The notes under the pieces were generated by a model. It was not told the DNA's origin. It searched no databases and was given only the letters and a program-made list of their open reading frames with translations. A stretch of 64,000 nucleotides of DNA from the human T2T-CHM13v2.0 reference genome, Homo sapiens. Position 1 is the stretch's first letter. Each line of letters starts with the position of its first letter. The stretch lies in the NCBI RefSeq assembly GCF_009914755.1, contig NC_060934.1; one strand, given 5' to 3'. The position numbers were made by a program, and so were the translations under genes. Of the stretch, positions 56,336 to 64,000 are shown one piece after another.

Positions 56336-57714
56336 TTTTAAAAAACACATACATTTTAGCATATGGAACCAGAAGATTAAAAGTAATCCACATAAGAAAT
56401 GCCATTTTTACCAGGTTTCACTATAGGTAAACATTTTCAGAGCCTATAATAATTGCCAGGTACCCCAAATTGCAAAACCACTAGAAAAATATCAGTTCAT
56501 ATTCTAGAATTCGCAATAGACTTAAAGGTCGGTAGGCCATTTTATCATCATAAAATTGAAGGAATTGTAAAATTAAACCAAACCAAAGCTACTGGGAAGT
56601 AACAGAATATTTTCAATGATAAAATGACGCAGTTTTATTGGACTGAAAAATAAAGAAAAATAGTAAGTATGTATGGGCTTTCCATTGGATATTTTCTCTT
56701 TGAAGAGTTAATAGAAAACTGGGCTAGAAAGGATTCATGACTTTCACCAGTATCCTTGGCCTTTCTTGATCCTCTACATTAGGACCATCAGGAAGTTATA
56801 GCAGAGTATTATAGGAGAATATTGAGCTATAACATTTAGTCACTGACAACCTGTGCCATAAAGTTTCCACCAGAGAAATGTGCTTAATGTGGCACGCAGG
56901 TGTCCTTGTTTGATGCTTAGTTCTTCTTCTAAAAGATGTCATCTTTCATCTTTTACTACTTTAGAGCAAACTTTCAGATACATTTGCATGCAATATATAT
57001 AAACCAAAGGATCATATTTATATTAAATTATAGAAGTTTGAAATTTAATAAATTCAGCTCATTTTTTTTTTTTTCATTCTAGAGACCTGGTAGGCAGTAG
57101 CACTGGTCTCTTTCTTCTCTGGGGTACCTTTTGGATGCTTTTGAATAATATAATGTCCATTAGATCACTTACAATATGAATTACAAAACTTGGACTTGTT
57201 ATACCTTTTGGGGGGAAGTTAAAACAATAAAGATGTTTCATTAAATCTTGTTAAACAATGATCTCACAGCCAACTCAATAGTTCTGGAGTGAAGAGAAAG
57301 GCATAGGAACCAAATTTTCTCCTTTTCCTCACTGCTCTTTAGGGTCACCCACCATGTCTGGGGTGTTCATGCAGTGATATGACTGATGGGCTCTCCTGAG
57401 ATGGTATGTGCTGGAGTTAAGAAAGGTAATACTTATCTGATGATTAGACTCCTGTGAGCAAGCATTTCTCATTTATTGTGTAATTTTTAGAGATGAGATT
57501 CACAGCAAGGGGAGGAATAGACTAAGTCCCTAAATGTGATTTCAAGAGTCTGAGTGTGAACAAATGACAGAGCTGTGTAAAGCTACTGAGTTTTGCAAAG
57601 TCCTTTTCACAGGAAATTTTTGCAAGACATCTTTTTTTCCTCCTGCCACCACCCCCCTTTCCCATTAATGTGTGAATTTGTCAAAGTGAAATCTTACCCT
57701 TCTCTTTATGGAAT

Positions 57715-57715
<1 letters not shown>

Positions 57716-57765
<50 letters not shown>
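57716..57765. repeat. Perfect (TAGA)n STR, ~12 units
   Basis: Read directly. Confidence 0.97.
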
Positions 57766-58741
57766 CTCTTCCTATGGTGAAATCTCTTTCTGTAGAGAAA
57801 ATCCTTACTGATTGCTTTCTTTGCTCTCCAGGGATAAACATTCTCTCACGTAATTTAAGGTATTATTTTAAAATAGAGTGTTAAAATACCTCTCCCTCAT
57901 TTTCATTTATCTTATTCAAGATATCAACCACTTCCTGACCCACTCCTGCCTTGCTTCTAAAAGGATCTGTCAGTGTTTGTGGAAATCTGCATTGTTACCT
58001 CATATAATGTTACATGTGCATGTGTGTCATCTCAAAAACACTTTTTTGGTAGTATTCATGTTATTTCCTATGTAGTCTCCTAGTGGCTTAAGCATACATT
58101 GCTGTTTCTATTTTATTAGTACTCCTATTCTTGAGTCCTTCTCATTGGAATATTCTATACTATAATTTACAGGATGATTCTCAGTTTCTTTTTTTTTCTT
58201 CTCTACTCTTTTTAGCCACTTAGTCCTTCTTCAGATAAAGGGACCAACAGTTGCTCACACTCGACTATTCATTTCTCTATTACTTTTTCCACTGTCTACC
58301 CTTTTTCTGTTTATTTTTTAAATTTCCTCCATGAACAATAAATCTTACACAAGTATTATCCTGTGTAAACTGTTTCCTATAAGAAATACTTTCTGCTAAC
58401 TTTCTATAAATTCTAGAAGCTTATTTGGTCTGAGAACTCTCGTACTCTGATGACTTATTGACTCTGTTCCAAAACTAAATTTAAGTCCACGGCTGAACTA
58501 AGACTATTGCATTTAGCCTTAACAAGGTTGTAAGAAAGCAATTGCTCCTACTGTGCTGGAGTCAGAAGCCAGCCATACTGCATTGGACAAAGGGGTGAGT
58601 GAAGCTGAGCAAGTGGAAGCAGTTAAAAATAGTTTGGAAAGAGATATGGAGTAGGAGTGTGTGTGTGTTAAGAAAAAAATCTTTAAATCTTGTTGGAGAA
58701 AAATCAGTATAGAAGAAAAGATTAAAAATATAAAAGAGAGT

Positions 58742-60350
58742 TGGAGTTTTCCATTTCTGGCTCAGATGCAGAAAAATGAAAAAAAAATATTGCTCCCATT
58801 CTAACAAAAATAAAAAGTAGGATAAACTATAAAATCACAACTTTCAGACAGCTGAGGTCACAGGACAACTAAGTAGCTTGAAGCCCAAGGAAGAGGAGCT
58901 CCTCATTCCCCATGGATAAATAACATGTGCAGAATGTCTTAGCTGTAGAAAAACATGGGAAGACCATGTCATAGGCATGAGGGCCAGAACATAACATATG
59001 AATTCATAGCAAAATGATGAGTATCTGTTGACATGGGAAAATAGAACCCCCGGAAGTCTCAGGCACAAGGGGAACATGTACCCGCCTGCAGGCATATTTC
59101 CATGAACCCCCACCGGGTGCTCATGAGAAAGATTGGCAGAACAAAGATTGGAGAGAGGCTTTCTTGTTGGTATAAATATGGAAAAGGAGAAAGGCATAAA
59201 CATCTACCCTCCTGCAGGGATTATTCTCTCAAAAAACTTAAGGCTCTGAGAGAAGAGCAGCAAACATAGCCTTGAGGTCCTAGCCATTTCTGAAGGAGCA
59301 ACAGAATCTTCTGAAACTGGGAAAGATTCAAAGAGGCAGAAAAAAAGTGTGGGTACTAGGATCTTCTATGAACACTCTTAGAGGTCTCCTATCTCTGGAT
59401 GAGAAGCAGGAAGAAACTTGGCACACAGAGAAAGAGGAGAAATGATGAGAAAAATTCACAGCATGGCACACACAGCTGGCCTGAGACTAAGTCTGGACCA
59501 GGGATGTGGAGAGCCCACCTTGTGCCATGCAACATCAACCTTGGAACACTGAATAATAAGCAACTGTGCTGTACTGTGGGGAGAAGAGCAAGAGCTTGCT
59601 CCCTTCTGTGGCACTGATGTAAGGGGTGGCTCAAACCTTAGAGCAGAGCACACTGGACACACCCTCAGCACTGCAGTCCCTCACCCAGTCTCAATCATTC
59701 TTGGAGTAATTTGAAACCAGCAGTGCAAAGAATGTGGCCATAGATCAATTCTAGATGAGGTGGATTTGATCCCCAACACTAACTGCCAATTGCAGGTGGA
59801 AGTACTTTTTACCTCAGTTTCCTTTGCTGTACATAAGATATTTGGCTTGAGTAAAGCATTATGAGACACTCAGCAGCACAGATACAAAATTTAGAAAAAA
59901 AGAAATTCATCATGACACATGGCAATATAGAGAATAGATTCACAGATCACCAAATGTTGAAACTATTAAATAGGAAATGTAAACAGATTAAAATGTTGAA
60001 GGCTCCATTTTAAAAGATGGAAAATGTGTACAAAAAGGGGAGGGATATCAGTAGAGAGATGGAAACTAAGAAAGGTTCCAATGAAGAAACAGTTTTCAGC
60101 AACCTAAATGAAATGAACAAATCCCTTGAAAGACACAAAATATCACATGAAAAGAAGTAGAACCTGGATAGTCCTATGTCTTTTAATGAAACTGAATTCC
60201 TTGTAAAAACCCTCTGACATATTCAGGTCCAGATGGCTTCTCTGACAAATTCTACCAAATATATAAATAAGAATTAATCCCGATTCTATACAAATTCCAA
60301 CTACATAGAAGAAAGGAAGGAACCCTTTCTAACTCATTTTACAATGTTAA
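58742..60350 (+). mobile_element. Old L1M pieces: 5' UTR-like region, ORF1 remnant, ORF2 fragment (60100-60350)
   Basis: 'atatcagtagagagatggaaactaag', 'aacctaaatgaaatgaacaaatcccttgaaagacacaaa', 'caggtccagatggcttctctgacaaattctaccaaa'. Confidence 0.65.
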
Positions 60351-60854
60351 AGACAGTGGTTTCATTTTAGACAAATATTCATGAGTCTTAATTTGAAGAA
60401 TTAAAAATGTCTTCAACATAGCAAAACAAGCCGGAAAAAAAATAGTCGTTTTGACAGGTATTATCATGGACATATTGTTATAAATTTCAGGGGTTAGTTT
60501 TATCAAACTCTATACAGTCAGTCAATGTCACGTGCTAAGAATAAGGTGAACACAGTAGTTTGAAAGAATACGGTCTTTCTAACCCAGTGGAGACAACGAG
60601 TTCCATAAACATGCCAGGATTCGTGGATAATGTTGAAGTGAAATTGGGTGGCTGTAAACCAATAATGCCGCTTCTCCTTTGCATTTTCACTGGTTCTCAG
60701 GTATTTTGTTTCTGCACTCAACCTCACATGCTTGTGGGCCAATTTGGACACAAATCTCCAGAGCAAGCCCAGGCACTCTCTCATTAATGACTTTAATCCG
60801 AACCCCAAAATATTTCATCAAAGCAAGTTCATGAACTTAAGGGGTTAGCTTTTT

Positions 60855-60950
60855 AGCAGCTGTTGAACCCTGGACAACATTCTTTCTTTTTTGAGCTTCC
60901 ATTTCCTCATCCCTAACAGGGGAACAGTTTCTTCGTAAATGTTATGAGAA
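60855..60950 (+). mobile_element. MIR fragment
   Basis: 'cagctgttgaaccctggacaac...tgagcttccatttcctcatc'. Confidence 0.5.
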
Positions 60951-61192
60951 GGCCAGGGCACAATGGATCACACCTGTAATCTCAGTGCTTTGGGAGGTCG
61001 AGGTAGGGAGATTTCCAGACCATCCTGAGCAATGCGGAGAAACCCCGTCTCGAGAAAAAAATACAAAAAATTAGCCAGGCATGGTGGCATACACTTATAG
61101 TCCCAGCTACTTGGGATACTGAGGATGAAGGATCACTTGAGCCTGGGAGGTCTAAGCTGCAGTAAGCTGTGATCATATCACTACACCCAGCC
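60951..61192 (+). mobile_element. AluJ, 3'-truncated, with a small left-arm deletion
   Basis: J-type 'ggatcacttgagcctgggaggtctaagctgcagtaagctgtgatcat'. Confidence 0.88.
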
Positions 61193-61484
<292 letters not shown>

Positions 61485-61498
61485 GTTATGAGAAGATG

Positions 61499-61499
<1 letters not shown>

Positions 61500-61537
<38 letters not shown>
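61500..61537. repeat. (CA)19 microsatellite
   Basis: Read directly. Confidence 0.95.
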
Positions 61538-61540
<3 letters not shown>

Positions 61541-61541
61541 T

Positions 61542-61931
61542 TAGTCATGTGTCATTTAATGATGGGGTTTTGTTCTGAGAAATGCCTTGTGAGGCAATTT
61601 TGTCATTGGGCAAACACCATATAGTATACTCACACTAACCTAGATGGTAGAGCCTAATACACTCCTAGACTATATGGTAGAGCCTTGTGTACCTAGACTA
61701 GAAATGTGTACAGCATGTGACTCTGCTGAATGCTGTAGGCAACTGTAACATAATGGTATTTGTGTATCTAAACATAAAAAGGAACAGTAAAAACATGATA
61801 TAAAAGATAAAAATTGTATACCTGTATAGGGCATTTACCGTGAATGGAGCATGTCAGATTAGAAGCTGCCCTGGAGGAGTCATATATGTGGTTCATTGTT
61901 GACCAGAGTGCCATTATGCCATGCATGACTA
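61542..61931. mobile_element. Tigger3 (MER7)-family non-autonomous DNA transposon
   Basis: Inverted termini tagtcatg...catgacta; 'gatggggttttgttctgagaaatgc' and 'cctagatggtagagcctaatacactcctagactatatgg'. Confidence 0.88.
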
Positions 61932-61974
61932 CATATATACATGAATATATATATCTACACACACGTATACACAG

Positions 61975-62002
<28 letters not shown>
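61975..62002. repeat. (GT)n microsatellite
   Basis: Read directly. Confidence 0.95.
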
Positions 62003-62005
<3 letters not shown>

Positions 62006-62129
62006 CTCCCTCTCAACACTTCATTTAGCTCCATGCCTCTGTACAACTTGGGCTACACAGTACACAGAGACAAATGAGGCTTTGACAATCATGCATTTAC
62101 AGAATCAATTTTCTCGTGTTTAAAAATAT

Positions 62130-64000
62130 GAACAGACCGTATTTTTAAGATAGGTTTTAGATTACCAGAAAACTGAACAGAAAGTAAGTAGAGTTTCCCA
62201 TATACCCTCTCATCCTGTTCCTACACACCTAGTATCTCCTATTTATTAATATCTTGCATTGGTGTGGTACGTTTGTTACAATTGATAAGCCAATACTGAC
62301 ACATTATTTTTAACTAAAGTTCATAGCTCTAATTAGCATTACCTCTTCATGTTGTACCATTCTATGGGCTTTGGCAAGTGCCCAATGTCATGTATTCGCC
62401 GTTATAATACCATACACAATACTTTCTAACCTTAAGAATCTTCCAGGTTCCACTTATTCATCCTCCCTGGCCCCTGCTGGAAGCCCTGACAGCCTCCAAT
62501 CTTTTTACTGTCTATTCGAGTATAATTTTGCCTTTTCTGGAATGTCTTATGGTCGGAATCATGTAGTATGTAGTCTTTCCACATTGGCTTCTTTCATTTA
62601 GTGATATGCATTTCAGGTTCCTTTATGTCTTTCGTTGTGACTCGGTAGCTCATTTCCTTTTGTCACTGAAAGATATTTCATTCTACATATGCACTACAAT
62701 TGGTTTATTCATTCACCTATTGAAAAATATCTTGGTTGCTTCCAAATTTGTAATAATGAAGAAACTCATAAGGTTTTTTTTCGATATAAGTTTTCAATTC
62801 ATTTGGGTAATCACAAGGGAGTATGACTATAGCCTTGTATGGTAACATGACACTGAGCTTTGTATGAAGCTGCCCTACTGGCTTCCAAAGTGGCTGTTCC
62901 CTTTTGCATTCCCACCAGCAATAAATGGCAGTTCCCGTTGCTCTATATGGGTGCCAGCATTTTGTGTTTTAAGTATTTTGGATTTTAGCCTTTCCTGTGG
63001 GTGTGTAGTGGTATCTCATTGTTTTAATGTGCAATTCCATAATCACATACGATCTTGAACATCTTTTCATAGCATATTTGCTGTCTGTATATCTTTAAAA
63101 ATTTCTTTTATCAGAATTTTATAGTTTTTTTCACATCAACTTGTATGTATTTTGTTATAGATACATACCTAAGTATTTTGATATTTTTCCAGAGATAATG
63201 TAAGTGGATTGTATTTTTAAAATTCCAACTATTCATCTCTAGTACATAGAAAATCAGTTGACTTTTGTGTGTTAACCTTGTATCCTGCAACCTCGCTATA
63301 TTTGCTTATTAGTTACAGGAGTTTTATTTGTTGAGTCTTTGAGACATTCTACATAGAAAATCATGTCATGTCACTGGAGAATAAAGTTTTATTCTTTCTT
63401 TCCCAATCTGCATACATTTTATTTCCCTTTCTTGTCCTATTGCATTAGCTAGGATGCCTAGTAAGAAGTTATATTACCGTGGTGACAGGAGACATCATTT
63501 CCTTGCTCCTGATCTTAAGGGGAAATCTACTTTCTCACGATTCAGTATGCTGTTTGCTGTAGGTTTATGTAGATGTTCTTTATCAGGTTGAGCAAGTTCC
63601 TCTGTATTCCAAGTTTGCTGAAAGGTTTTATTATAAATTGGCATTGCATTTTGTCAATTTTTTTTGTATCTATCAATATGATCACTTCATTTTTCTTCTT
63701 TTGTTTTAGCCTGTTGATGTGATGGGTTACTTAATTGTGTTTTGAATGTTGAACCAGCCTTGCATACATTGGATAAATCACACTTGGTTGTGGTAATTAA
63801 TTCCTTTTATAAATTGTTAGATAAAATCACTAATATTTTGTTGAAGATTTTTGCAGGTATATCTGTCAGAGATACTGGTCTTTCACTTCTTTTCCTTGTA
63901 ATTTTTTTTTCTGATTTTGCTATTAAGGTAGTGCTATCACCATCAAATAAGTTAGAAAGTTTTCTTTGGTTTCTCTTTTTTGGAGATTACTGAGCATTGG
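62130..64000 (-). mobile_element. L1MC (L1MC1/2-like) LINE 3' UTR and ORF2 pieces, running off the window
   Basis: 'ggtgtggtacgtttgttacaattgataagccaatactgacacatta', 'ttttgcattcccaccagcaataaatg', 'ttgaatgttgaaccagccttgcatac'. Confidence 0.9.

Noticed and set aside
60350-60810. Unique segment with short ORFs on both strands and an E-box GTCACGTG (60527-60534)
   Set aside because: ORFs lack recognisable homology and splice context; a single E-box is expected by chance

Overview
This is primate genomic DNA, most likely human: it carries an AluYb8, a human-lineage subfamily. It is AT-rich and CpG-depleted, with no CpG island and no supportable protein-coding exon, tRNA, rRNA or CRISPR array. It reads as intergenic or deep-intronic DNA. 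Roughly half is interspersed repeat: about 11 Alu/FLAM elements, several old L1M fragments, L2 and MIR relics, many MaLR/ERVL/ERV1 solo LTRs (MLT1, THE1, MST, MLT2A, MER61, MER39, MER34-like), DNA-transposon relics (Tigger1/2/3, half a MADE1) and micro/minisatellites. Nearly all listed ORFs are by-products of repeats or chance. The only one with clear protein homology over its whole length is a decayed Tigger1 transposase frame (16828-17463). I see no complete new biological system. The most unusual structures are: (1) a 104-bp-arm, 98/104-identical inverted repeat made from old L1 sequence at 51373-51635; (2) a 33-bp AT-rich quasi-palindromic minisatellite replacing most of an MLT2A LTR at ~55740-56335; (3) a young AluYb8 with a perfect 16-bp TSD; (4) a degenerate ~90-bp palindrome at 14914-15002 resembling an ancient MITE; (5) an AluJ/AluSp fusion inside a single TSD. 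Repeat subfamily names come from recalled consensus motifs, not from a database search, and boundaries of old repeats are approximate.
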